Assembly (NCBI GenBank): GCA_004431415.1
Contig: QPMI01000218.1
Coordinates: 55,628 to 119,627 of the forward strand
Direction of reading: 5' to 3'
Length of the DNA stretch: 64,000 bases
DNA from: Cyanophora paradoxa CCMP329
Lineage: Eukaryota > Plantae > Glaucophyta
In this document: positions 1 through 10,320 of the stretch, one piece after another
Layout of the letters: every line of letters begins with the position of its first letter
Numbering within the stretch: position 1 is the stretch's first letter
Position numbers and translations under genes: made by a program
Notes under the pieces: generated by a model
Seen by the model: only the letters and a program-made list of their open reading frames with translations
Databases searched by the model: none
Told to the model about the DNA's origin: nothing

Positions 1-645
1 TACAGCCAGAGAATCGCCAATATCTGTGCTAATAATACCAGTTCTTGTGACGGTATCTAGGGAATCTCCTCTTACATTGAATGCAACAAAATTGTCTTGA
101 TAAAGATACCCAGAATTTATTTTCAGACCACTTGCACTTACAGTAGCCATTGTTGTTCCATTTCGCTTTATTAATATGTCCGAGTTAGCCCCACTATCAA
201 CAGTAGTCGTTTTAACTGTCCCAAAAGATCCAGCGGTAAGGCTTCCAGTAATTGTCGCATTTCCAGTTATTGTTGCACTCCCATTCACACTCAGTCCAGT
301 CCCGATCCAGGCACCACCACTAACTACTTGAAAAGCCGCTGATTTCCTATCAGCCGGATTAAAAGCTGTTTTATAATCCGCTTGACCTTCATATAGATTA
401 TCTTTGGTGATTAGATCCCCTGTTTTTGCGGGTCGATTCGATACGATCAGTTCAGTAGCTTTAACGAGTCCACCAGCCTTGTCGGCTCTGAGTTCTTTGA
501 CTCTAAGAATGGAGGTCTCATTGAAAGAATCGGATTTTGCTGTTTCAGTCGAAGGGAATGACTCGTTTAGATCATAAACAGTGTGTTGCACGTTATGGAC
601 AGCACTGGCTGATAAGGAAAACACAGGCGTGAACACAGTCGACAT
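1..645 (-). CDS. Fibre/spike-like viral protein, runs off the window (MSTVFTPVFSL...AAFQVVSGGAWIGTGLSVNGSATITGNATITGSLTAG...)
   Basis: ATG at 645 open to position 1 (absent from ORF track because there is no stop); G/T/V-rich beta-repeats typical of viral fibres. Confidence 0.7.
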   Translation of the reverse strand, partial: MSTVFTPVFSLSASAVHNVQHTVYDLNESFPSTETAKSDSFNETSILRVKELRADKAGGLVKATELIVSNRPAKTGDLITKDNLYEGQADYKTAFNPADRKSAAFQVVSGGAWIGTGLSVNGSATITGNATITGSLTAGSFGTVKTTTVDSGANSDILIKRNGTTMATVSASGLKINSGYLYQDNFVAFNVRGDSLDTVTRTGIISTDIGDSLAV

Positions 646-660
646 CTTTTGATTGTTCTT

Positions 661-700
661 TATTATTACGTGAGAATATTATTATTATTACGTGAGAATA
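661..700. repeat. Intergenic direct repeat TATTATTACGTGAGAATA x2
   Basis: Copies at 661-678 and 683-700, just upstream of the minus-strand ORF starting at 645. Confidence 0.85.
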
Positions 701-3700
701 TTATGCTACCATCTTCCCTGTTGCTATATAACTCATTTGATAGTGGAAAAGTCCAATGCTTTCATTGAATGCATGTTCTGCCGAAATTGTTGCATGAATA
801 GTAAATGTTGTTGTTGTGGAACTTGTGACACCATATACCAATACATATGAACCACCATTATATCCTTGTATCAGATTGAGAACCACTTCTGGGGCTTCCG
901 CAAATGCTTTCGGGAATGTGACAACCTGTGGAAATCCCCAATGACCCGGACCTGTGATTGTCAAAGATTTTGAGAATTTCCCTGTTTGTATATACTGGTC
1001 TTTATTGACACGCTGTTCTGAAACAAGTTTTGCGATCTTTGTATTATCTGTTTCATCCATTGCATAATATGCTCTTGCGTAAGCATTTCCCCGACATAAT
1101 AACGTTTTATCGTATATATTTGCGGAATTGTGGAAAAACCATTGTTCTAAATAAAGTGGCGCATTCGGTTGGTAAATTTGACCGGATCCCACATACATGG
1201 TGTTATTGGCTGTAATTGTATTCGCTACAAATGGGTCTAAGGTTGGGAAATCCGTGATTTCCGATTTTGTGTGAGTATGGGCGAAGTCTGTTATATTTGC
1301 CTTTGTGTGACTATGTGCGAAATCTGTGATATCTGCTTTAAAATGAGAGTGAGGACCGACAGTCGTAGAAGCTGTTGGCTTCCCGTATATATTATTCCAA
1401 TGGAGGAAACCACTGTGTGACGATATAGCGGGGTTTTTGCTCCAACCAACAGTAATCGGACCTGGAAGATAAATTCTTCCTATTTGTCCTTGAACACCAA
1501 CTTTAACAAGTCCTTCACAATTTATTGCAACAAACTGTTTAAAATCTCTCACAGGATTAATTCCAGGAGCATAGGCATTTACTCGTAAACGAGTATAAGT
1601 ATTGTTTGATGGTTCAATTCCAACAACATCAAAGTATCTACTGTCATACTGACACGTATAATAGATATAACATGATTTCATGTCTGTTGGAACAGTCCAA
1701 TACATCTTACAGCTACTACAATCATCATCACCATCAATCCATGTGTTTGCCCAAGTGCTTGTGTCACCTACAAGTGGTTGCCCAAAATAATCTCTCCAAT
1801 CTCCTGTGCGGTCTGTGGAAATACCACTTGTAGCGTCAAAATCAGTTGGTGAAGTGTATGTTGGTGTATTTATCAGATCATCATAGTTTCCAGTTGTTGC
1901 CACAGTCGCAAATGTCGGGAAGTCTGTAATTTGAGACTTTGTGTGGGTATGGGCAAAATCTGTTATTTCTGACTTTGTGTGAGTGTGTGAAAAATCTGTA
2001 ATCTCTGACTTTGTGTGAGTGTGTGGATCAGGTGGGAAGGTTAATGGTCGAACATTGTGAACATTGGGTAATTCAATGCGACTAATTGGAGTGTTTGGAT
2101 CTAATACATATTCAGCACCAAGGTGGACAACAGGAAATGTTTGATCATTCGGAGTAGTAACAAAGAAATTAGAAGCATGCACATCACCTGCAATTGTTCC
2201 ACCTGTTAGTGGTAAATAATCATGATCGTGTGAATCAGGTGGATAGGTCGATGGGGGATTGACGATATGCTCCCAGAAATGCTTGTGAACATTGGGTAAT
2301 TCAAGACGACTAAATGGGGTGTTTGGATCTAAAACATATTCAGCACCAAGGTGGACAACAGGGAATGACTGATCATTCGGAGTGTCCACAAAGAAATTCG
2401 GAGCATGCACATCACCTGTGAGAGTCCCGCCTGTAAGGGGTAAATAATTCCCAAGAGCCGACGTTAATTCGGTATCTGTAACATAATCTTCAAGAATTGC
2501 TGCAAGTTCTGTATCATCTACATAGTTTTTGCTTTCGAGGTAATCATCTGTTACCACACCTGAAAGGGTTGTATTGTGTAAGTTTTTCGCCGCCATTCTC
2601 TGATTGACTTCTAAGGCGCCTCCTGTTGTTGTTTTAATCCATGCAATCTCGCATTTTCCGTGATCATCTGTGGGTTGTCCCACAACAGGAAGATAGTTTA
2701 CAACTTTCTCCCTTGTGAAAACTATCTTAGGTCTTGCTCCATCATATGCACTTTGATCTGTTACATTTACTTGTATTGCTGCTGAAAAATCCGCTTCTTG
2801 TCCTATTTCTCCTGGGTGATAATTCGTAACATAGATACTGGGGAAAGTATCATTTACGCCTACATTGAAATCGCCACTATAAACTCCATTTACGATTGGA
2901 TCCCGTGGTAATCTTACAGCAAGAGTTCCCACCATCGGTGTGCCTGTTTCACCTGTAAACGACCCATTGAGATTTACGTAATGATCATTCAAAAATAGCC
3001 TTTCAGGTGTATTAATCGATTGGTAAAGTGTGACCCCATTAAAAACGTTTCCGATTGCATTCAATTGCGCAAAAACTGGCTGCTCATCTATTTCATCCCA
3101 TGGGTGCCTGTGGTTACTATTAGTAATCTCTGAGTAATCATGTGTGTGTTTTCCCGGTGGGAAGGTGGATGGGGGATTTGTGATATGCTCCCATAAATGA
3201 GTGTGGGCGAAATCTGTTATTTGATCTTTTGTGTGAGTGTGGGCAAAATCTGTAATATCTGCTTTTGTGTGTTTTTGCTTTGCTAACCAATCTAAAACAA
3301 CATTCGATGTCGGGTGATTTGGTAGGTTTGCTTCAATCTTCACAGTGAGATAATCGACTATTACATTACTTCCATTAATATTACTTGCCCATAGGTTACT
3401 GCTGTAAATGTTACTGGCATAAATGTTACTGGCATAAATGTTACTTGTAACTGTAAGGTTTGATGAAATTGTAAGATTAGATGAAATAACACCACCTTTG
3501 AGAGACAAGTAATCATGAGTGTGTGGATCAGGTGGGAAGGTTAATGGTCGATTGGTGATATGCTCCCACAAATGCTCGTGAGAACTGGGTGGATAGGTTA
3601 ATGGGGCATTGGTGATATGTTCCCACAAATGCTTGTGAGAATTGGGTAGTTCGATTCGACTAATTGGGGTGTTGTCGCCCAATATAAATTCGGCACCTGT

Positions 3701-4156
3701 ATGCACGACCGGATTTCTTTGGATATACATATTGGATGCACCTATTACAGGTGCTATTATGGGCACATCCGAATTAACGAGATTGCAAGTGATGGAGAAA
3801 ATGGTTTTAGGGGCGAATAGATTGCAATCAAAGGTCACAGTAGCTGGATCAATAGTAGGATCGACATTTGAACAGATCTGAAACATCCACCCTCCCACAC
3901 AGTTGCAATTTAGATTTCGAAAGGCTGTTCCTGCCATTGCATCCACATAGCCTATCCCATTTGCTATGTCATATATGTGACCAAACTCGTAACCAAAAAT
4001 GTCATTCCACAGGTTGGAAGCCATAGCTCCCATCACATACCCTTTTAGATCTACTATCAGGTCATTGGATTCACTGGGTATATTGGCGTGGGTTATATAA
4101 AAATTATTATCCAATACAGCATTCTTTATTGTCGTTTCTACTATGGGTTCAGTCAT
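701..4156 (-). CDS. Tail-fibre-like protein with HxH repeats and a C-terminal H-type-lectin/gp53-like domain
   Basis: Many HTHTKSEITDF and HxHxWEHIT repeats; ATVATTGNYDDLINTP and YLPLTGGTLTG fibre motifs; C-terminal VTFPKAFAEAPEVVL. Confidence 0.8.
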   Translation of the reverse strand: MTEPIVETTIKNAVLDNNFYITHANIPSESNDLIVDLKGYVMGAMASNLWNDIFGYEFGHIYDIANGIGYVDAMAGTAFRNLNCNCVGGWMFQICSNVDPTIDPATVTFDCNLFAPKTIFSITCNLVNSDVPIIAPVIGASNMYIQRNPVVHTGAEFILGDNTPISRIELPNSHKHLWEHITNAPLTYPPSSHEHLWEHITNRPLTFPPDPHTHDYLSLKGGVISSNLTISSNLTVTSNIYASNIYASNIYSSNLWASNINGSNVIVDYLTVKIEANLPNHPTSNVVLDWLAKQKHTKADITDFAHTHTKDQITDFAHTHLWEHITNPPSTFPPGKHTHDYSEITNSNHRHPWDEIDEQPVFAQLNAIGNVFNGVTLYQSINTPERLFLNDHYVNLNGSFTGETGTPMVGTLAVRLPRDPIVNGVYSGDFNVGVNDTFPSIYVTNYHPGEIGQEADFSAAIQVNVTDQSAYDGARPKIVFTREKVVNYLPVVGQPTDDHGKCEIAWIKTTTGGALEVNQRMAAKNLHNTTLSGVVTDDYLESKNYVDDTELAAILEDYVTDTELTSALGNYLPLTGGTLTGDVHAPNFFVDTPNDQSFPVVHLGAEYVLDPNTPFSRLELPNVHKHFWEHIVNPPSTYPPDSHDHDYLPLTGGTIAGDVHASNFFVTTPNDQTFPVVHLGAEYVLDPNTPISRIELPNVHNVRPLTFPPDPHTHTKSEITDFSHTHTKSEITDFAHTHTKSQITDFPTFATVATTGNYDDLINTPTYTSPTDFDATSGISTDRTGDWRDYFGQPLVGDTSTWANTWIDGDDDCSSCKMYWTVPTDMKSCYIYYTCQYDSRYFDVVGIEPSNNTYTRLRVNAYAPGINPVRDFKQFVAINCEGLVKVGVQGQIGRIYLPGPITVGWSKNPAISSHSGFLHWNNIYGKPTASTTVGPHSHFKADITDFAHSHTKANITDFAHTHTKSEITDFPTLDPFVANTITANNTMYVGSGQIYQPNAPLYLEQWFFHNSANIYDKTLLCRGNAYARAYYAMDETDNTKIAKLVSEQRVNKDQYIQTGKFSKSLTITGPGHWGFPQVVTFPKAFAEAPEVVLNLIQGYNGGSYVLVYGVTSSTTTTFTIHATISAEHAFNESIGLFHYQMSYIATGKMVA

Positions 4157-4193
4157 TATACTCTATTATGGAATACTACAAAAATTAAGGTTG

Positions 4194-7100
4194 TTACATA
4201 ACGTTTGGAACATGTTCATATATTCTCCCTTCTCGTTGTGCAATTTCCGCCATAAAGTCTGCATTATCTTTTATTATTGATTCAGCCATTTGTTGTGCTC
4301 GTGATTTTTTGGGTGCTGCCCTACTTGCTGGTGGTTGATCAGTTCTCACAACACTAAGACCATGCCCCTCGGCTGACCTCACCTCTAACCCCACATCTCC
4401 TTCGGCTGTTTGGGTCACATTAAGCTCTGGTGTTGAGTATTTATTACCTGCACCTGCAATGGTTCTGTCTATGCATGCAAAACATAAAGCTCGGAATTTG
4501 TATGCAAGCACAAGTCCTCCAACACCGAGAATCGGCAAGAGAATGAGAAGCACTAACGTCCCGGGATCCATTCCTGGCGATCCGACTGGATTTGTAGGAT
4601 TACTGGGATTATTAGGTGTCGTGTTTGGATCTGGATCAGTTGTAGGGGGATCTTTTGAATCGGGATCTGGGTTAGGCTGGTTCGGATTGGGATCGTTTGG
4701 TGGCGGCTCTGTCGACCCTGCTAATGATGTCGGCGCTGTGTATGCATTTGCAAACACGATGGGAGCCGTCGCTGGATTTCCTGTGGAGGATCCTGAGATT
4801 GCACCATAGGTATCTGCGAGATATTTGTATAATTCCTGTGTTACAGGCGGATTGCTCACAGATCGACACACCCAAATATTGCATGTGGTATCATAGACCG
4901 TGTCCCTGATAAAGGGCGGTAGAGCCGTCCCACTGAATGACTCAAAGAGTCCATTTCGCGATAGCAATCGATGCCCTGCATCACAATTTCCACCCTCGAA
5001 ATATTTGGTAGCCGAAATTGCACCTTGCACATAAATATTGCATGTTGAGTGCAATCCAATGTTATCAAGGTTAGGAGTGTATCTGTCATCGAGCCGGACA
5101 GTGCACACCCATGGGGAAGCGGTTTTAATATATTTCTTATCGCCCACTTCGATTACATCTGTATTTGGGTGGCTGTCAAGCTGAGTCCAAACAGCATCAT
5201 ATCTGAAAGTGTAATAAACTAAGAGACCATCTGTGGACGATGTGAAAGCAAAGAAGGTCATAAAGTCCGTGGATCCAAAGAAGTCAGCATTGGTCGATGT
5301 TAGGGTGACTCTGGGATAGCTCATATCCACAGTCTCAGAAGGATATGGAATATAAGAGGTGTAATTGCGATTGAACAGGTAATAGTGAAATCCATCTGAG
5401 ACATTCGAGTGAGTGGGCAAGGTGACTGTTAAGGTCTTACTGCGATTTTCAAACGTGTTTTGTATGACAATATTGCAAGTATTAATATATCGAGAATCGA
5501 AAAAGTAATTATTTGTGACACTGTTATTGATCAGAGTCGCATTGGTTCCATTAAATACGAAATTCTGCCCATTTATTCTCGTAGTATGGAGGTCGGTCAC
5601 ATCGAGAGGATACCTTATTTTCAAGCGGTCTTCGGGGTCAAATCGCGGAATAGTTCCTGTTGCCTTCCAATTGATAGTAAAGGGAGGAGAAAGGGACACA
5701 GGTGGGATCGCTGAAAGATTAAATTTCGCAAAATACAACCCAACAGGATATGCTGTAAGAGCATATGTCACTGTTGCATTTCCGACAAGTGTGAAGCCGG
5801 TGGTTGTTATGTTAGTTGCAACAAATGGGGAGTAGCCGGCTGGTGCATTGTTAATAGAGGTGGTCGACCCATTATTGATCACATACAAATTCGTGTCAGT
5901 TATTTCAATAGTTGGAGGGGAAACAAATGGTGTCTCAAATGTGAAATTAAAATTCGCTGGAACCGCTGCAAGGTATCTATATGTTGTTGCTGATATCTCG
6001 GATGCCTGGAATACTTTGCTTCCCCTCTGCACTACATTACTGGTGTCTTTCACATTGTGATAGGATATACTGGGAGTCGGGGAGAGCACCAACGAAATAG
6101 CATCTGGTAAATCAGACTTTGTAATATACAGCTCTTTAAGATACTCCTTTTTGAAAGGGGCGGTCAGATCTCCAATAGTAGCCGATGACCCTGCGACCAC
6201 AATATTACAGGTGTTTGCATTCAAAGTATAAACTGTGTTCCACCTCAAAGAATTCGCCCCAAGATCGAAATTCTGTGAGAAGGGCACGATATTGCTACCT
6301 TGTAAATCTCGGTAAACCTTCACTCTGGGTTTGCTATCGAATTCAGGGGTGATATAATTGATGTTAAGAGTGAAACTAATAGTAGCTTCGGAACTCAATG
6401 AGTTGTTTCGGATGATAAGTAAATTGTATGTCTCGTTAATGACAAACGAAACCTGAAACCCTGTGGAGGTGACATTTTGGATAAATGCTTTATTAGATTC
6501 ATTATTGTTATAGATAGGATTATAATAAGTAGTGTGATCCACCAATGAAACAGTGGGTATATTCGTCTCGAAACCTGTGACACCCAACTGATCCCAAGTG
6601 AATGTATATGTAGGTTTGCCTACGTAAGCGACATAGACCCCATTTGCGAGCTGCTGAGGGTATCCCTCGACAGTGTAGGTCTCAGTTTGCGAAACCGAGC
6701 GGGAAAGGTTACTATTATAGTCGGTGTAGCTGATCAGTGCATTATCATTGGTAAGAATCTGATTAGGTCGGAGTGAGTGATTTAATGGAAGGATTAAATT
6801 GGAGGCAAACATGGAAACTCCATGCACCTCTGACCATCTCAGATTCGAGAGACCAATTCGGTATGCGTTATCAATAGAAGGGTAAATGTTCCTTTTTGAG
6901 AGAATATGAGCCAGAGAAATTGCCAGCGCTCCATCTGCTGCAAACAGAGCATTAATTTCCGACTGCAAAGCGGCTATTTCGGTGGTGTGGGTCGTGAGGG
7001 TTCCATCCTGGCTGGAATCTTTGGTGTTCTTGCTCCTCTCGAACTCCAAAAACGCCTTTACGATGTCCTTGCCTAAAAGATCGTTTATATTGTCTCTGGT

Positions 7101-7916
7101 AATGTAAACATGATCTGTTCTCAGTGCCTGTTTCTCTGTGGTAAAAGCCGGAATCTCCTCTGCAAATGATATAGTCGTTTTATCAAGTGCTAAGGATCTC
7201 ACATTCGGAGCATTGGCGCCAATTATATCCACAACGTTCCCATTTTCGACAATTTCTAAGGTCGGTTTCGCGGGGTCTAATGTGAAAACACCCTCTGTTA
7301 TCTGGGGAACCGATTCGCTCTTCTGAATCACAAAGGATTCGATGTTTAGGTTACAGGTTGCGACATTGGTGGCGAAAAACGACTCGGAGTTGAGCGAGTT
7401 TACATTTAGGGTATCCGTAGTGATGTTACTTGCTGTAATGTTACTCGTCGTAAGATTACCTGCTGAGAGATCATGGACGACCTCTACCTTTGTTTTCCGT
7501 GTGGATACTCCCGCTATAAGTGTGCTATTATCCACGATTCTCATAGCTGCATTTTGGAAACCGCTCTCATCTTGAATGAAGAAGTTTAAGCGACCTCTAT
7601 CGAATGCTTTTGGGATGTTCCTACGATTATATCGCACCGTTTTCGGTAGCTGGCGGGTTGCCTGAATGCTGGCGACTCTGTTTCGTTCGTTATCATCAAG
7701 TAAAAAGTCGATTCCAAGTTTATGATCCCCTTTCTCGACGTTCATTAACTGCAAAGCTGCGGGTCTGCTCGGTGTCCCACTGACTGGATCTTCGCGGTCT
7801 GCATTGTAGTTTATTCTCAGAGACCCGCGAATTTCAGTGTTTACCTGATCAGTGTCCTCTATCTGAGTGGTCGAATTAATAACTCGTGCATCTGGTCGCG
7901 GATTCAGGAACGACAT
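4194..7916 (-). CDS. Large fibre/adhesin-like protein (1240 aa) with Pro-rich stalk, C-terminal transmembrane helix and tail
   Basis: Start reassigned to ATG 7916 (MSFLNPRP) to avoid overlap with patatin; P.DN.Y.IG...RW motifs, FTFETPFVSPPTI lectin-like segment, recurrent TCNI; GTLVLLILLPILGVGGLVLAYKF hydrophobic helix. Confidence 0.75.
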   Translation of the reverse strand: MSFLNPRPDARVINSTTQIEDTDQVNTEIRGSLRINYNADREDPVSGTPSRPAALQLMNVEKGDHKLGIDFLLDDNERNRVASIQATRQLPKTVRYNRRNIPKAFDRGRLNFFIQDESGFQNAAMRIVDNSTLIAGVSTRKTKVEVVHDLSAGNLTTSNITASNITTDTLNVNSLNSESFFATNVATCNLNIESFVIQKSESVPQITEGVFTLDPAKPTLEIVENGNVVDIIGANAPNVRSLALDKTTISFAEEIPAFTTEKQALRTDHVYITRDNINDLLGKDIVKAFLEFERSKNTKDSSQDGTLTTHTTEIAALQSEINALFAADGALAISLAHILSKRNIYPSIDNAYRIGLSNLRWSEVHGVSMFASNLILPLNHSLRPNQILTNDNALISYTDYNSNLSRSVSQTETYTVEGYPQQLANGVYVAYVGKPTYTFTWDQLGVTGFETNIPTVSLVDHTTYYNPIYNNNESNKAFIQNVTSTGFQVSFVINETYNLLIIRNNSLSSEATISFTLNINYITPEFDSKPRVKVYRDLQGSNIVPFSQNFDLGANSLRWNTVYTLNANTCNIVVAGSSATIGDLTAPFKKEYLKELYITKSDLPDAISLVLSPTPSISYHNVKDTSNVVQRGSKVFQASEISATTYRYLAAVPANFNFTFETPFVSPPTIEITDTNLYVINNGSTTSINNAPAGYSPFVATNITTTGFTLVGNATVTYALTAYPVGLYFAKFNLSAIPPVSLSPPFTINWKATGTIPRFDPEDRLKIRYPLDVTDLHTTRINGQNFVFNGTNATLINNSVTNNYFFDSRYINTCNIVIQNTFENRSKTLTVTLPTHSNVSDGFHYYLFNRNYTSYIPYPSETVDMSYPRVTLTSTNADFFGSTDFMTFFAFTSSTDGLLVYYTFRYDAVWTQLDSHPNTDVIEVGDKKYIKTASPWVCTVRLDDRYTPNLDNIGLHSTCNIYVQGAISATKYFEGGNCDAGHRLLSRNGLFESFSGTALPPFIRDTVYDTTCNIWVCRSVSNPPVTQELYKYLADTYGAISGSSTGNPATAPIVFANAYTAPTSLAGSTEPPPNDPNPNQPNPDPDSKDPPTTDPDPNTTPNNPSNPTNPVGSPGMDPGTLVLLILLPILGVGGLVLAYKFRALCFACIDRTIAGAGNKYSTPELNVTQTAEGDVGLEVRSAEGHGLSVVRTDQPPASRAAPKKSRAQQMAESIIKDNADFMAEIAQREGRIYEHVPNVM

Positions 7917-7959
7917 CCTCTTTATAAACAAAGAAGATATATAAGAAGTATATAAGATA

Positions 7960-9451
7960 ATGAAGACCGTTCTCGCTTTGAGTGGAGGGGGGTCGCGCGG
8001 AATAATCGAGGCTGCTATACTGGCACAGATTGAAGCCCAAACCGGTAAACGAATCCAACAGCTATTCGACTGCTTTGCGGGAACATCCACAGGTGGATTA
8101 ATCGCGCTCCTATTGAATATCAAGGGAACCGATGGCGCCCCTAAATATACTGCCACTGATATTCTGGCGCTCTACAAAGCGAAACTACCGCTGATTTTCG
8201 CGAATCCACGAGTGCTTACATCGATTGTACAGCGCCCAAAGTACGAAGCCACTAACTTAGAAGCTGTGGCTCTGGATCTCTGCGGCTCGGCGACTATGGC
8301 GGATCTCTATAAACCCACCATCGTGACTGCGTTCGACACGGTTCAAATGTCCCCCGTTTTTATTTCAAGCAACGATGAAGATATTAATGGGATGCTTGTG
8401 CGCGATGCTGCAAGGGCTACCTCGGCTGCTCCGACCTATTTCGAGCCGAAACAAGTCACAGTCGCCGGAAGAACATATTGTTTAATCGATGGTTGCATGA
8501 GTGGAAATAATTCGCCCGGGGTTTGCGGCTACACATTCGCCCGCACTTTATTCGGAAACTCTTGCGAGGAGGAGCTTATCGTGGTCTCGATTACGGCGGG
8601 TCACGTCCAAGACTCTGATAAGGCGACATCTGGATATTCGTACGACACTATGAAAAATTGGGGGATCGTGCAATGGATGCTAAGCGCCACAGGATCGCCA
8701 ATTCTCAGCATGTTCTTAGAGTCGAGTGATCTAAACGCCCACGTAAAGCTACTGGAACTTTTACCCAGAAACGATGATCAGAATTACGATCGCTACTATA
8801 AGCTGAGCGTTCCTTTACCGAAAGATAAAATGACCCTCGATACTATCACAACGAGTCACCTGCAATATTTGGAAACGGAAGCGCTCGCGTTTGTTTCCGC
8901 ACAGCAAACGTATTTTAATGCGATGTATTCAGTGCTGACGATGAATATCTCAGAGGGCGATGTTCCCATAATTAATCTGTCCGGGTGCACAGATGTAAGC
9001 GCACCCCGGAGTCTAACTGGGTGCCGCTCGATAATAGCGCCTTTATTGCGGAATTTGGCACAGCTTCTGATGCCCGCTGGTCAAATGCTACGGGATGGGT
9101 GGGATTTACAAACCCGCCGCAAGGTAGTAGGTCGGGAGGCAATTACTTACGCATCGATTTCCCGCGTCTGTTTATGCTTTCCTCTATAAAAATGAAGCCG
9201 GCTGCGAATGGAAACTACATTAAAACGTTTGAGATCGATTACCAATTAACTCCGGGAGTTTCTGCGCTTGTCACATACACAGAAGCCGGCGCGACGAGAG
9301 TGTTTACCAATGCAAATCAAATAGCCGGAAGTGCCGATCCTGACGAACATTTCTTAGCGAACCGAGATCTATTAGAACCCTCGTAATCTGGGTGCTCACG
9401 ACGAACGTAGCTTCGGCATGCCGAATAGATTTCGAGGGCTACTACGTGTGA
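7960..9451 (+). CDS. Patatin-like phospholipase with C-terminal discoidin (F5/8 type C)-like domain, copy 1 (frameshifts at ~9004 and ~9362)
   Basis: LSGGGSRG, GTSTG, ATSAAPTYF, IDGC motifs; -1 frame continues with YLRIDF...YIKTFEIDY...CRIDFEG. Confidence 0.85.
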
Positions 9452-9458
9452 ACAGCGC

Positions 9459-10304
9459 TTAATCTGTTATCACTTCCAGCTGAAACGAGTATGAGAGACC
9501 GTTTATATCTGCAACAGAGCCCCGCCATTTTCGAAGCGATATTGTGAGACGATCTAAATCGAGTTGCGATGTGACATTTACGAAAGGGATGCTTGCGCTC
9601 GGTTCGTGGTAAAAGGAATATCTACCAAAGTCCGAGTTCATCTGAATTCGCAAAAGATAGGAGTCGTCGAAATTGTTCTGTCTCCCAGTAACCGCTGCGA
9701 ATTTGGTAAAAGGGCGGAGCTCTTCGATATCAAGGTAAATATATGGAATCGCATTAAAGTCGACCATTTTCGGGCATATAATCGCGTAGCGACTGGGGTA
9801 ATCTCTGAGTGGAACCGGCACTGGTTCTGGTGTGCTGGCGTAAACCACTCCGGGTTCTATGCCGAGACAATCACAGAACTCCTGGTCTGAGCTCTCTAAT
9901 GTAAAAGGGCTATTCGGAGATGAGAAAACGAAGCGGTTCGTAGACAGAGCGAGAGAATAGGAAACCGGGAAGAGACCGAGTGGATTAAAAGAACCGCCTG
10001 AAAAACCGAGTAAAGCATCACTGTTTAAAGCTCTCTCTTTCGGATATCGTTCGTTATCAGCATCGACGTAATAATAATCGTTTACGCTGGGAATCGGTGC
10101 TATCATTTTGGATGCGGGGATTACTGTGGGCTCTTCGTTCAAAAGCGTTATAGTTATTGTCTGTTCGGGCGGAACAACATAAGAGCTATTGGGAATCTCA
10201 GCGGATAGCACACGAAATCGTCGTACATTATTAAGGCGCGTTTTCAAGTGCAGCACGCCGTTTTCAAGGTCTCTACTGTCGCAATTTATTGTTATTCTTT
10301 TCAT
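9459..10304 (-). CDS. Penton/minor capsid-like protein A, copy 1
   Basis: N-terminal INCDSRD...NVRRFRVLSAEIPNSSY and C-terminal YIYLDIEEL...LDRLTISLR...YSFQLEV, as in single-jelly-roll minor capsid proteins of PLVs/NCLDVs. Confidence 0.75.
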   Translation of the reverse strand: MKRITINCDSRDLENGVLHLKTRLNNVRRFRVLSAEIPNSSYVVPPEQTITITLLNEEPTVIPASKMIAPIPSVNDYYYVDADNERYPKERALNSDALLGFSGGSFNPLGLFPVSYSLALSTNRFVFSSPNSPFTLESSDQEFCDCLGIEPGVVYASTPEPVPVPLRDYPSRYAIICPKMVDFNAIPYIYLDIEELRPFTKFAAVTGRQNNFDDSYLLRIQMNSDFGRYSFYHEPSASIPFVNVTSQLDLDRLTISLRKWRGSVADINGLSYSFQLEVITD

Positions 10305-10320
10305 AATCTATTATAGTAAG

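Noticed and set aside
7917-8156. ORF-track N-terminal extensions (also 10189, 19508, 30296, 42883)
   Set aside because: Non-ATG starts or overlaps with neighbouring genes; downstream ATGs follow AT-rich initiator motifs
9000-9010. Programmed -1 frameshift between patatin and discoidin (same in both copies)
   Set aside because: No canonical slippery heptamer; the same one-base loss in C/G runs occurs at 9362, 17772, 28331, in both MBD4 copies and in the LINE, which points to homopolymer consensus errors
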